From: Octopus vulgaris | Taxonomy: Eukaryota | Assembly (NCBI GenBank): GCA_951406725.2 | Contig: OX597822.1 | Coordinates: 49,104,001-49,168,000, forward strand | Length of the DNA stretch: 64,000 nt | Direction: 5' to 3' | In this document: one piece after another, positions 13,007 through 27,305 of the stretch | Position numbering within the stretch: position 1 is the stretch's first letter | How the letters are laid out: the number at the start of each line of letters is the position of its first letter | The notes under the pieces: model-generated | What the model was told of the DNA's origin: nothing | The model's input: the letters and a program-made list of their open reading frames with translations, nothing else | The model's database searches: none | Position numbers and translations under genes: made by a program

Positions 13007-13679
13007 GCAAGTATATAGGTATGCGATGTATGTGATTACAGTGCGTATATTATAAAATCATAAAACGCTGCTGCATGAATACAGATACGCATACACAAAT
13101 AGAAACAATAAAAATATGGACCCACACATTTACACACACACACACACGCACATACACCTACAGACACACATGCACAACACACACACACACAGATGCACAC
13201 ACAAACACAGGCACACGCACACACACACTTATATAGAAAAAATATCATCATTATCATTACACATATACATATATAGAAACATGCGCATGTATAAATGTGT
13301 ATTAAGAGAATAAATAACGTTGAGTATAAACATATAAGTGCTGATATGTGACTATGTGAATATATATAAGTGGGCAAAAAATACGGAACATCGATTGGTA
13401 GCTCGGTAGGAAGAGAAACAAAGACACGATACGTCAGCACGCACGTACATGCATATGCATGTATATGTATGTGCTTGTGTGTCTCTGTGTATGTGAAAAT
13501 ACACACGTGTTATGTGCATCTGTGTGTGTGTGTGTGTGTGCGTGCGCACACGTCTGTGTGTTTATGTGACTTCAGGTGTATGAGTGTGCATTTGAATGTA
13601 AGGAATTCCGCAATCATGCATCAACACATACGCACAGTCACACAGATATGTTTATATAACACCTAAACACATACGCAAA

Positions 13680-13882
<203 letters not shown>

Positions 13883-13891
13883 ATCTATATA

Positions 13892-14301
13892 GGTTCGATT
13901 CAGCCTGATGTTAGCTCATCATTTTTCGGTCATTTGTTTATATTTAAAAAATGTCACTTCAAAATCGGAGAATAAATATCATTATGATATATATTATATA
14001 CAGTTATTGTACAGTTATTATACTATGAGCCTTCCATAGTAGCTTTCTCTCCGTAACTCGCAAAGCCTTTCAGGTTTGTTTATAAAAATGTTATTTATGT
14101 CGTATTAAGACAGTTTAAGTATATATTAACTAAATTTGACTGAAATTGATGGGTCAACGTTTGGCCAATCAGATTCGCAAAGAGCCATGAAAGCATCGAT
14201 TTGTGGGTTCGATTCGGCCTGAGGTTAGCTCATCATTTTTCGGTCATTTGTTTATATTTAAAAAATTGTCGCTTCAAATTCGGAGAATAAATATCATTAT
14301 A
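13892..14301. repeat. about 93-bp direct repeat pair bracketing about 220 bp
   Basis: ggttcgattc(a/g)gcctga(t/g)gttagctcatc..gaataaatatcattat at 13892-13984 and about 14206-14300. Confidence 0.85.
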
Positions 14302-14344
14302 TAGGATAAAATGCTTAGCAGCCTTTCCTTCGTCTTTAAGGTCT

Positions 14345-16809
14345 GCGGAGGTGTAAGCACATGTTTTCGAAGACGCTGAGTCTGTGTTATAATTATTGTT
14401 TTCACCTATTTGTTATTGTTTTGTATTCTAAGTTTTTGTTCAAACTCATTGTTGGGAACACCAGGAATTTCTTGCCTGGAATTCTGCGGTTGATTTTCCA
14501 ATATTTCTGTCTTCATATTTTTGCCTTCGTATTTTTGCTTTCATAAAACGCCCACCTATTTTGAAAAAAAAGAACAAACAAAAACAAACAAGCAGACGAA
14601 CATACATTCAAGATGGTGTCACTATCTGCCATCACCGCAACATTGAGAAGAAGAGGCGTACCTTCCACCATCTCTCCCTCATATGAAGACTTTCCTCCTT
14701 TTCAGTTGCCCTCTCCTCTAAACAGACACTGCATCACCACTACTACTACAAACACCTGAAACACTACCTCAACGAACAACACCACAAACACAACCTATCC
14801 CATGCACACAGCTACCACTGTCACCACCATCACGAAATTAAGTAGCCAAAATAGTGAGAACGACAGCAACAAATGTAACTCCATCACCACCAACACCACA
14901 GCCACTACAACAACAAACAGTATTAAAAAACCAAAAAAAAACTAAACAAACAAGCAGGAATAAAGTGAACGTCAAAAGCAATGCAAAAGTGAAACCAGAC
15001 GTCAACAACAACAACAACTATTACTACAACTATAGCAGAAATGACAATAACAACAACAGCAGCAACAGCAATAACAACAACAACGATAAGAACGACGAAG
15101 GAACGAGTCGGTGCAATGACATGGAATAACACTAAACTCTCCTTCACTTTGCAAGCAAGTCGTCTCTTCAGAGAATAAAATTCTCTGAAGAGGAAGTTAA
15201 AAATGCCAGATTGCTAGTCGAAAGAGAAGGGCTAGCTGTCAAGCTAAATATGCCCATGGAAACGATGCAAAATACGATATGTCGCACAGTGACGTATCGT
15301 ACAATTGGATTAAAGTCAAGGAGGGTAGAAAGAGTCACAGAGGCTCAAATACAAAAAGCTTTAGGTTCTGCATGGAACCTAAAGGATTGCATACAGAGAG
15401 GAAGAGGCTACAGGATGGTAGAAATGAGATTCCGGAAAGAGGAGGAACCTAAATCCCACTCACTGAAACCCCTCAAAAGCGAGGAACTGTTGTTGGTTCC
15501 ATTCTACTGCGACCAGAAACTGGCCAAAATAATCATGCAAATGCCGCCAGAAATAACCATTCCTTTGCTAATTGCTGCAGTAACGATACACATCGAGGAA
15601 AACTCGAAAAAATTCGCAGTCTATCAAGCCAAAAAGGAGAATTGGCCTGGTGTAACGATAGAAGTCCTCCTCCAAACAACCCAAAAGAATGTGGATCTCA
15701 TCCCGGACCAGATCCATCTTCATGGAGGCAGAATTATTCCGGTCAGAGTGGATGAAAGGAAAGCTAAGTGCCACATTTGCCTTTCTACCACTTATCTGAA
15801 AGCTTTCTGCCCTAGATTGAGGGAAAAAGACAGACGGGAGCCTCTCCTCCCCACTTGTTTTTGTGTTTATTACCACGTAGTTTGAAATGCTAGTCACATT
15901 ATTTTGTTTTTATTGCTGTTGTTGTAGTGGTTGTTGTTATTGTTGTGGTTGTTGTTGTTGTTGTGGTGGCTCTGATTGTTGTGGTGGTTGTGATTGTTGT
16001 TGTGGTTGTGGTTGTGTGCCACCAGAACTCAAGCGACAACAGCAGCACAACCATCACCTTCAGCAGATTCAGCCGTGGCAGCAGCAATACCAACCATACC
16101 GACACCAAGTTCCCCAAACACATCTCAGCGCCTGAAGATGTTCCACTTCCTGATGTCGAGCGAGCGGACATCACATGTGGAGAGTCTGATTACGATGAGG
16201 AGTGGAAGATAACCCCCACCATAAACTTTATAGGCACGGAAGTACCGTAAGCCGATCATGTCCGAGATGCATGCAGGTCAACGAGACAGTCCTGCATGCA
16301 GTCGTCCAATGCCCTAGAATTGCTGACCTGTGAGTTTATGTTGAACGACTGCTTTCACGTGTAGGAAGGATCCTGCTGTCAACCGACTCCATCGTGAAGA
16401 TCGCTCCGCCGTCTTCCTTTAACCGGGAAGGTAAGGTTGTCTTCATATGGTGGCCATGGTGAAAGAATTTGTATGGTGGACGAGACTGAAGGGGCGGAAG
16501 TCAAACACTTATCTCTTAGTCCAATCCCTACTCAACTTTTTCAAGTTTCACTTGAAAAGGAAAAAGGAAATAGAGAAGGAAGTGTTTTCTTCTTCCCAGT
16601 TTGTTGAAAGATGAATGAAAGTGGCGAGAATGGTGCGTATGAACGGGCCTGCCATGAGCATACGCCTGTAGTTGGAGAAAAGGAGAGAAAAAAGATAACT
16701 GCTTCAAAAGTCAGAGTTCTTATGAGGTTTTTATGTTTTTTCCTTGAGCAGCCATCGAAAGTCTCCTCCCTATTGAGGAAGACACATTGTTGAATTTGTC
16801 TTTTCTTTG

Positions 16810-16876
<67 letters not shown>

Positions 16877-16945
16877 TTCTTTTGTCCTGTACTGTCTTTA
16901 ATGTTTTTCTTATTGTAAACCCGTTGTCGTTACTAAAAATGAATT
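14345..16945 (+). mobile_element. Tx1/L1-clade non-LTR element: decayed ORF1 fused to the C-terminus of ORF2 (EN and RT missing)
   Basis: ORF1 from ATG 14613 with gag-like knuckle IPVRVDERKAKCHICLSTTYLKAFCP (15211..15885); ORF2 tail 16220-16671 KLYRHGSTVSRSCPRCMQVNETVLHAVVQCPRIADL..RILLSTDSIVKIAPP..FVER..RMNGPAMSIRL; pyrimidine-rich 3' UTR. Confidence 0.78.
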
Positions 16946-16949
16946 ACTG

Positions 16950-17205
16950 TTATTATTCTGTAGTCTTATTTTTATCCCATGCTTTCACTGCACTACCGAG
17001 CATAGCTCTGTGTGTCTTCGGTATGTGCTGTGGTTTGTTGTGGTGCTTCTATTTTTACTGTATTGAAAGTGTTTTACGCAGGATATCTGTAGTGCCTAGT
17101 AGTGATCTTTTCTGTATGTTATATATACTTGTAAGTCCTGGTGTTTTTGTTATGTATTTGCCTGAATGTTTTTTTATCATACCTAATGCGCCTACAATAA
17201 TAGGA
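16950..17205 (-). mobile_element. 3' fragment of a Dong RLE element (diverged copy)
   Basis: PIIVGALGMIKKHSGKY..LLGTTDILRKTLSIQ plus 3' UTR ending in AAT repeats on its own strand. Confidence 0.88.
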
Positions 17206-17350
17206 CAATAATAGACCCAGTCAACGACTATTGAAAAGGTTGCAAGACGCAACGAAAATTTTAAGAAAAATTAATAAGTAAATGAGTGGAAACTTTACTG
17301 GTGAGTGTGTTAAATAATAAGGTACTAAAAAAGAATGACTCCCCCCGGAC

Positions 17351-17394
<44 letters not shown>

Positions 17395-17821
17395 GCATGT
17401 ATGCGCGGGCATGTGTTTGTGTGGTTATGTGTGTCTTTGATATCATGTATTTATTTGCGTATACGTATATCAGTGTATACATTTGTGCTTGTGTCTGTAT
17501 GCACGTCTGTTCTGTAACAATATCTTTGTAATTTGTTCTCATATGTATCAAAGTGTATCATACTAAATGTAAGTGTCCATGTGTGCCACTGATATATGTA
17601 AATACTTTCCTCAATTATTAAATACTTCATTGATATGTCTCTGAGCTAGTTATAACATATTGCATGAGTACTCTGTCCTGGGTGCACGGTTTTTTTATTG
17701 GAGAAACAGCCGTAAGCTAATGAAATTGATTATGTAACACCGAATCGCTTGTCATTCATTATTAATATATATATATACATTTACATATACACATACATAC
17801 ATACATGCATGCACACACACG

Positions 17822-17852
<31 letters not shown>

Positions 17853-18304
17853 TTATGTGTATAGAGGTTGATGAGATTGAGAGAAAGAGAAAATGAGGGA
17901 AGAGGAAGGTGAGAGGAAGTCAAATTGAATTGAGATGGTAATTGTTCAAACATATGACTGGGTTGAAATAAACAATGAAAGTTTATGTTCCTGGTATGAG
18001 TGAAAAATCAAAAACAACAATGATTGGAGAAATTTAATATATCACATGACATATTACATAATATATTATAACATAATATGATATTTTCAAAAAATAAAAT
18101 GAATTAAAAATAATATAATATATATTAATTAAGTGAACAGAAATGGCTTCACTCTGAGACTTTGAAAATTGCATTGTGGAATCAGATTGATTTTGCCTTT
18201 GGCTCTATGGTATTCGCCACATTTATATTATATGCTCAGGAAAAAATATTTGACAACGTAATTATATATATCTATGCATACATATACGTATATACAGGTG
18301 AATA

Positions 18305-18440
18305 CAGGTGTATGTAGCTGTGTGGTAAGAAGTATGCTTTCTAATCACAGGATTCCGGATTCAGTCCCACCGCGTGGCACTTTGGGCAAGTGCCTTCTAC
18401 TATTGCCTCAGGCCGACAAAAGCCTTGTGAGTGGATTAGG
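18305..18440 (+). mobile_element. OR-like SINE, 5' half
   Basis: gtagctgtgtggtaag..ggattcagtcccaccgcgtggcactttgggcaagtg..gccttgtgagtggatt. Confidence 0.8.
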
Positions 18441-18442
18441 TG

Positions 18443-20763
18443 CAGTACAAGTGCCCCCTTGTACGAGTAATTGCTGTACGAGACGAGACTCTTGCGAATT
18501 ATTGTCTTGAAGTATGAGCGGAAATCCGCAGTACGAGTGTGTTTCTTACAAACGACCGCTAGTCGGCGCTGAGCTCGCACACGATCTCCCAACATGCGCG
18601 GTCTCCTCTCGCTCAGTTCACGAGTTTATCTCGTGGCAGTATCCCTGTTGTGTTTTTCCCGGTGTTTTTGTTTCATTTCGTGTATTTTTCATTAGCATTT
18701 TATAATAATTAGCTGTGTTAGCTATTTATCCTAAGAAGGTTAGCGCAAAGAATAGTGCTAAAAAAAAGGCTAATTGCGATAGAATTGAAGAAGGAAATCA
18801 TTGGTAAACATGAGAGAGGAGTGCTTGTAGTAGACATAGCATGTTAATACGTCTGAAGCACGTCGACGATTTGCACCATCCTGAAGAAAAAGGACGAGAT
18901 CAAGGCCGTCACAACAGCAAAGGGTGTCTCCAGACTCTCTAAGCAACGCACATCTGTCCATGAAAGGATGGAAACATTGCTTCTCCTGGAAATCAACGGG
19001 AAGCAACTCGCAGAAGATACGATTACTGAGACCATCATCTGTGAAAACACGAGCAATGTATGGGGATCTCTTGAAGCAGAACCCGGGAACATCGACGGAG
19101 GAGACATCAGTAGACGCAGTTAAGGCCTGTCGCAGCTGGTTTGATAATTTCAAGAAGAGGACGGGTGTTCATAGCGTCGTCAGGTTTGGAGAAGTAGCGA
19201 GCTCTGACACGAAAGCAGCTGAAGATTTCGTGCGTGAATTCCGTCAGCTCATCGCAGCTGAGGGGTACATCGCACATCAGGTATTCAGCTGTTATGAAAC
19301 TGGCCTCTTTTGGAAAAATGCCCAGAAGAACCTACATAACTGCAGAGGAGAAGAAAATGCCTATGAAAGATAGGCTAATTCTCGTCCTTTGTGCCAATGC
19401 GAGTGGAGACTTGAAGATTAAGCTGCTCTTAGTCTAACTTTCCGAAAACTCACGAGCGTTCAAGTCGCACAAAATCTAGAAGGAGGGCAAACGTTAATGC
19501 CTGAGTAACCAGGCAATTCTTCTCCAACCTTGTCTTTGGATCAGCAGTGAAAAAGTACCTTCTGGAGAACAATCTTCCTATAAAGGCCCTCTTCATCCCC
19601 GACAATGCTCCTCCTCACCCTCCTAACCTTGAAGATGATATCCTGGACGAATTTAAATTTATAAAAGCTCATTACCTTTCGCGCAACACCACCCCTATCT
19701 TGCAGTCCATGGACCAACAGGTGATTCCTAATTTTAAGAAATTATACACCAAAACAGCTGATTGGTCGGTGCTCTGAAGTCACCGAAAATACAAATCTAA
19801 CCCTTCGTGAGTTTTTGAAGGATTATTACAACATTGTAAACTGCCTGAAAATAATCAATATTGCTTGGCAGGGTGTAACGAGAACACTGAATTCTGCATG
19901 AAAGAAACTGTGGCCTGACTGCGTATCCGAAAGAGACTTCGAGGGGTTTGAATTTGAGACACCTGTAGTCGAGGAGATAGTATCTTTTGGCAAGTCCATA
20001 GGCATCGAGGTTGATGATGAGGACATTAACGATCTCGTCGAGGAACACTCAGCGGAGCTGACGACAAATGAACTCCTGCAGCTTCAGGAGCAGCAGGATT
20101 TGGATGCGGTTGAAGAGGATGATTCCCAGGAGGAGGACAGTGTAGCAGAGAATAGTATCTCTACGAGTGACATAAAGGCAGTGTTCGCAAAGTGGCAGTA
20201 TGTTTCTGAATTTGTAGGAAAATATCATCCTGTAAAAAGTAGCTACAGGTCGTGCAGCTGCTCTAATTAATAACACAGCTCTGGCGCATTTTCGTAACAT
20301 TTTGAAAGGCAGACTTCTCTTGATATGTTACTAATGAAACGACCTGTAAGTGCAAAAAGTGAAGAAACTGTGTCCAAAAAGCCTAAATTAAGCGAAGTTA
20401 GAGAGAAAACGCCAGAAATTGTTCTTCCTGAAGTCTTAATGGAATGATAATCTCCTTCCAAACAGTAATTCTCCTCCTCCCCGCTCCATCGTCTTCCTCG
20501 CGCACAAATCGTCCCATCTTTAATAAAACCAGTTTACATATCTCTTTTGCATTCTCTTTTTTATAATTGTCATTTTACTTATAACTACGTATTTTCTTTT
20601 TAAAAACCCATAAAAATGGTTTTGAGTGGTTTGGGGGTGGTGGCTGGAACGGATTAATTATATTTTAGTTAATTTCAATAGAGAGAATTGATCTGTAAAA
20701 CGAGTAAATCGTAAGACGAGCTCGGTCATGGAGCGAATTAAACTCGTACTGCGAGGCATCACT
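18443..20763 (+). mobile_element. pogo/Tigger DNA transposon, near full length, decayed
   Basis: CENP-B HTH (ELKKEIIGKHERG..STICTILKKK), KACRSWFDNFKKR, QVFSCYETGLFWK, KDRLILVLCANASGD, DNAPPHP, NTTPILQSMDQQVI; 3' TIR ..actcgtactgcgaggcatcact. Confidence 0.9.
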
Positions 20764-20826
20764 ATGTATGTATGTATGTATGTATGTATGTATGTATGTA
20801 TGTATGTATGTATGTATGTATGTATG

Positions 20827-20884
<58 letters not shown>

Positions 20885-21049
20885 TATATAGTGTAAATAG
20901 TTAGCGGTTGTAATAACTGACTAAGGGATAAAATATCCGTACGTACTACCGGTATCCGTTACCCGTGTTATCCCCGGGCATTGGTGTGCAGGTACACTAT
21001 GCTCATAGAGTGCAGGTAACAACAGGATAAACAAGAGTTTATCAAGAAA

Positions 21050-22040
21050 CAAATACAAATAATCAGAAAATGAAGAAAACCTCAGATTAACAAATACATC
21101 GATTGGACCACATTTATAGCTCATTTATTAATATACAATGCATGATATAACAAATAGGTGACATAACAAATCTTACGGCCGTTATTGCATCCACTGCCAA
21201 GTACTGTCTAAAAATAATTGCGAAACTAAGCTTCTACATCTTCGTAGGATATTCAGATTAAGGCATGGAGCTTCGTCAGAGTAAAAAAACAAGAGCATCC
21301 AATATAAACAAAGGGAAGAAGGAATAGGAAAGAACACACGACCGAGAAAAGTAGTCTATAAGCCCAATATGTTAAAAGCATATAATCTACCATCTTGGTG
21401 CTACGAGGTCCGTAGATAAAAGAGTGAGCTTGTAATGGTTTAGGGAATTCTACAATTTATTTACGGGTAGTTTCAATTTAAGCGGGGGTGGAAGAAGTTT
21501 TAAAATTTAAGGAAAGCGGTTATCAAAAGAAATATATAAGGAATCTTACTAACATGATTATCTAAGGGCAGTACCTATGCTAACGAAGTAAACTCAAGTA
21601 AATGTATCCAAAACATTACCATAAGGGGCTTAAGAAAGTTTACTCACAGAAATATTACCGAGAATCCTACCTTGGCCCTCCCACCTTAAATTGAGGAGAA
21701 TGGTAGATTGCATGCTTTTAATATATTGGGCTTATAAACTACTTTTCTACGCTATGTTTTCTTTCCTATTCCTTCTTCCCTTTGTTTATATTGGATTGTC
21801 TTGTTTTTTACTCTGATGAAGCTCCATGCTTTAATCCGAATGTCTTACGAAGATGAAGTTTATTTTCGCAATTACTTTTAGACAGCGCTTCGCAACGGAT
21901 GCGGAAACGCCCGTAGGATTTGTTATTTCACCTATTTGTTATGTCATGGTTTGTATATTATTAAATAAGCTATAAATGTAGTGCAATCGATATATTTGTT
22001 AATCTGATGTTTTCTCCAGTTTCTGATTATTTGTGTCTGT
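21050..22040. mobile_element. Penelope-like inverted pLTR pair (about 345-bp arms) with minimal type I hammerhead remnants
   Basis: 21050-21393 is the reverse complement of about 21700-22040; right arm has CTGATGA (21813) and GAAAC-gccc-GTA (21904-21915); left arm minus strand has CTGACGA and aac-ggcc-GTA. Confidence 0.7.
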
Positions 22041-22041
22041 G

Positions 22042-22353
<312 letters not shown>

Positions 22354-23224
22354 GTATATATATATAGTGAAAACGCAATGCAATAAATATAATTTGTTAT
22401 AAAATAATGTAAAACCGTTTTATAGCATAAAAAATTGAATCATGATGCAGCATAATATAATATAAACTTAGGACAAACAAATGTAAAAATTGCAACATGC
22501 ATGTGTGTGTGTATGTGAGTGTGTGTGCGCACGTATGTATGTGTCTGTTTGCGTGTGTGCGACTGTGTTAGAACAAATATGTATGTAATGTAACAAACAA
22601 ATAATCGACGTAAGGGAATATTATACAACAGCAGAAATCTAAAATAATATGTAGCAACACAGATGATGATTTGTTCAGCTGAATTAACGTCCATTGAATT
22701 AGCATAGTTTTGTTTTCTTTTAAATTGTAACATAGAAATATTTTATAACCTAATGATTGAATATCCTCAGATATTTAATCTTTTATTTCATGAAATATTT
22801 GAATGTTCTCTTTTTTTAATAAAAGGTCATTTGAAATATATGACACACCCAGGAGTTATTAGATTTGTTTATTTTGCCAAAAATGATCATTCTTGAAAAA
22901 GAAAAAAAAAAAGAATAGAAAAAAATAATTTTAAAAATCCGAGGGTTCTCATTATTTCATTTGTTTTCAGTGTATTATTGAAGTATTCATGTGGTTCAAA
23001 AATAACACATTAAAACAAAATAAAGCAAAGAAATAAAGAAACAAAATAAAGATAATGAATAAAGAAAAGAAATAAAGAAGCAAAATAAATAATGGAAAGA
23101 ACAATATTATTATTAATAGTGAAGCTGTGTACAAATATAAAAAAACAAAAATAACCAATATGATTTTGTCTTATGTGAGCGAGACTTGCTTATTGTTAGA
23201 GGAATATGTGCATATGTGTATGTA

Positions 23225-23329
<105 letters not shown>

Positions 23330-24140
23330 GTGTATGTGCGCGAACGCATGGTGGATCATACATATTTCGCTTAAGAAAGAAAGATAAAGACCCAAAGAAA
23401 GAGACAGAATAATGTATACGCACAGGTATGTATATAAAGAAGGAGTAAAATCCCGCCTTTACTCAGCTTTTAACCATTCTCATTGTCTCGCCTGATTAAT
23501 GCCTAATCAAGGTAACCAACTATAATGGTCTTAGCCTCTAAATGTCTCTGCCCTGAAACTCCACATTCTCAAGACATCAATCTGGTCGGGATTTTGACAA
23601 ACCTTTTGCTGTTTTTCTGACATCATAGTTTGAAGGTAACCAATACCAACTCTGGTTATTTTTTTCTCTTCATATCTTCCGCACAGCTAAAATAGGTTAC
23701 AACCCAGACTTCAGCTCCCCCAGTAACTTACGCACACCCGAATTGACTCCACAACACTTGGATAAAATTATACACTGGCAATAAATCAATGCAACTCCTA
23801 CACAGTGACTACTAGAAAAGCAACGCCTTTCTGCCTTCCATAGCCTGCAATATCTCCCACCTCCCGGATTACAGTCAGAATTTCTGGACTCTTTCTAAGA
23901 AGTTTTCTCGTAACTTTACAGAATCTTTTCACCTGATACTCTTCAATCAGTACCGCTCCGCAAGTAGTACTTTTCTGGATAAAGAAACTGGATTTAACCA
24001 CCGTTTTGTTTCCAATTCATCGCTGCACACAGTTGCTTAACCTCTCACGCAAGCGTAACCTCACACGAACTTCCGCCCTCGCCTCCGTTTATTTTATCTT
24101 AATGACTACCGTAAACAATGTAATAAATTCTAGAGAGGGA

Positions 24141-24193
<53 letters not shown>

Positions 24194-27100
24194 AGATAGA
24201 TAGAGAGAGTTAGAGAGAGAGAGAGGGAGAGAGAGAGAGAGAGAGAAAAGACATACAAAAATCATTGTTAGGGTATTAGTCGCAACATAAATTACTATTT
24301 TCAGCAACATCACTACAAAATTTTATTCAATCCTTCACATGTCAAAAAAAAAAAAAGGTGTCACCCCACCTGCCTTAATTATTTTCTTCCCTTTCAGCTC
24401 TTCTTTCTTCTCATTGTGTGCCCACATTTAGCATGTTTGTGTGTTTGGCCAGATACTGTTTTGTCATAGACTCCATTGTCCCTAAAATGTCTTCCTTTAT
24501 GATGCATGAAACTTTATAATTATCAACTCGCGAAGGACCCTGTATCACAGAAAGACCACTTTTGTAACTGATTAATTCAGTTATTAATGACAATAATTTT
24601 ATGACGACACCCGACGTAGTCACTTGATCTACGTTGAACAGTGAAAATCTCACTCAAATAACACTTTGAAATCATGAAAATTGTTGTGACCATTGTTGTG
24701 CCTGTTGGAATAGTCACGGCCGGAACATCTTTGATTATTGGTCTGCCGTACAACAGTAACAACTATAGCCTTCAATACGTACATCACTCAACTGAATATA
24801 CAGTCGAGAATATACAGTACGAGGATAAGGAAGATTATCGATTCACGGGACTTGTCTTTAAATCGAATATAGGTGTTCAATTTTGTTTCTGGCCTGACTA
24901 TTTTATTTTACACATTACTTTAATTCACCGAACTATTTGGAATAGGTACCAAATCGTTTTAAGATGCAGATTTATTTATTGCCCACCTAGTTTAACTCCC
25001 TCGACTAGTCCTTTTAATCGAGTCACCGATATTTCAGGTATTAGGATCAAGTCTCCAGTCTGAAGACAACCTCATCCCTTGCGCTCACCAGTCTTGGACT
25101 CCCTGGAAAAGGGTAATTAGAGTTGCTCTCTCTCCTTTGATTTAATCGATATAGCTTTTTAAAAATCATTGATTATTAGTATTTTTACCCGTTTTCTTAA
25201 CACCATAAAACAAACAAATGGCTTTTCACCACGAAACGGATTTAGCTTCCAAAAGCTCCCCTTTTAATCGAAAAGGTATATTTACATCACATTGACTCCC
25301 CGAATTTGAGATCTTTATATTATCTCCTCTTCAACGAAAAGTCTGATCTATAAACAAATATTACCAAACTTTTCGCTGGTAGCTTCTCTATTTCTCGCCT
25401 TACTTACTATTAGCTGCTAAATTGATGGCTCCTGGTTACATCGGTCTCCATAAAACTTCACTTTCTCGATTCAAAATGGATCTTCTACATGGGCTCACTC
25501 AAAACACTCCCTATTTTCTGAAAGAAAGAACACATTGCATAATGCAATCCTAGATATATTATGTCTAAAAAAAGCTAGTGGATGGTAGCATTTTCAATGC
25601 TTTTTGATCATAGGTCCGCCTGATCAAATTTGTCGTGGGTTAAACAGTTATAACCAATCAAATTTTCTACAAGCATCTGGTATCTTCATTAATATTAATA
25701 TAAATACTTGATCTTCAGTTGACTACCACCTGTGTACATACATTAAACTAATGAAAATCAATTCACATTTTACCATCATCTACCAATTGCAATTGCTCGG
25801 AGTCACAACAGCACAATAAATTAACGAAATTCGTAACTAGAAAATAAATTGAATCAGCCCACAGACTTTGTAATGTAGTCATGAAAAATGCCTTTCAATA
25901 ATTAACAACAGCTGATATCAAATATCGATTTTATGTGTCAGCACATTACATTATGAAATTTGTTTTGCCAAAATCTTGAAAGGAAAGTCAAATACAGTGA
26001 AATCAAAACGTAAGAGAAAAAAACCCTGACAAAAACAAAAAAAAAAGTAAGGAAAATAAAGGTAAACTAAATATTCGAAGATATTTAATCCGGAAGTCTG
26101 TCGTTTATACAATTCGATATAATCCGATATTACACCTGAAGGAAAAATATTGCAACAAAACGTCTCTTTTCATTATATATATATACGTTAATATCGAACA
26201 TTGAGATTGAGTGCTCAACACCGCATGACATTATAAAGTCATATTGCAATTTTAAATTACATTTATTGTTGAAATTGTTAATTTTCAACATGTCCAATAT
26301 CATTACATCTACGAACAGTGTAGCGATTTTGTATTCTACAGAAATGGTTTGCAGCTGATTTTCAGGTTCACTCTTAAACAGTCGTTATCATATTCAGCAG
26401 GTCATATATAGAAATAATATTTATGTGCATAAAGAATAACCTTGCTGTTGAAGTAAATCATTAAATTATTAAAATATCATAAACTGATACCTTTTTGATT
26501 AAAAATAAAATAGCAGCATCAGGTATCGAAATGCCTTTCGCATAATAATACTATCATATATAGAATTACGGTTACATAATAGTTTAACCATTTGAAATTT
26601 AATAGTTTAAAAATTTCACAAGGACTTCACAGTGAGTTGTCACTCTGTATATCTTTGAAAGTTTGCATAGAGTTATCTCGTTTCAACGCGGTCACAGTCG
26701 TATGATAACTTTTAATGATAATTTCTAAAGAAAAAAATGAAAAAGAAAAGAAAATGAAATTTTTAGACTCATTTTTCCAAAATAAACGCATAATTGTTTT
26801 CATTTTTTATTCTAATTTTTAAAGAAGAACATGCATGGTTATGGTGTTTCTAGTTATTCCGAAGAGACCATAATGAAACGCTTATGTTATCGAATCCTAT
26901 TTGTAGAATCGTTAAATAACGGGAGAGAAGAGGAAAATATAAGCACAGATACAGGAACACACAGAAATGTGCACACAACACGTGCAAACAAACATACGTA
27001 TGTAGATATATGTATGCATACACATTCATACACACTTACATGCACACTCAAACATGCACACATAAACACACATAAGTGTGTGTGTAATCTTTTTCTCTTT

Positions 27101-27216
27101 TTTACACAAAAACATATCGATATCGTCTCTGAACACACACACACGCATATAAATACACCTACATACACACACACACATACACAGAGGTATAAAGAAAAAA
27201 CACAAATGGTTTAATG

Positions 27217-27305
27217 TTTACTACAGCTGTTTCAGACGCGTTTATTTTTATTGATGAATAATTCAATTACACCATGAAAAACAAGCCCGTTTTCTCCAGG
27301 TGAAT
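27217..27305 (-). ncRNA. degenerate minimal type I hammerhead (Penelope type)
   Basis: Minus strand ttcac CTGGAGA..stem II..GAAAC agct GTA gtaaa; palindromic stem III loop; one core mismatch. Confidence 0.45.

Noticed and set aside
15887-16135. Cys/Gly-rich ORF resembling a metallothionein or keratin-associated protein
   Set aside because: It is the (TGT/GGT) strand of an inverted low-complexity segment in a Tx1 ORF1
24674-25063. 129-aa ORF with a hydrophobic N-terminus
   Set aside because: No recognisable motif or splice context; may be chance
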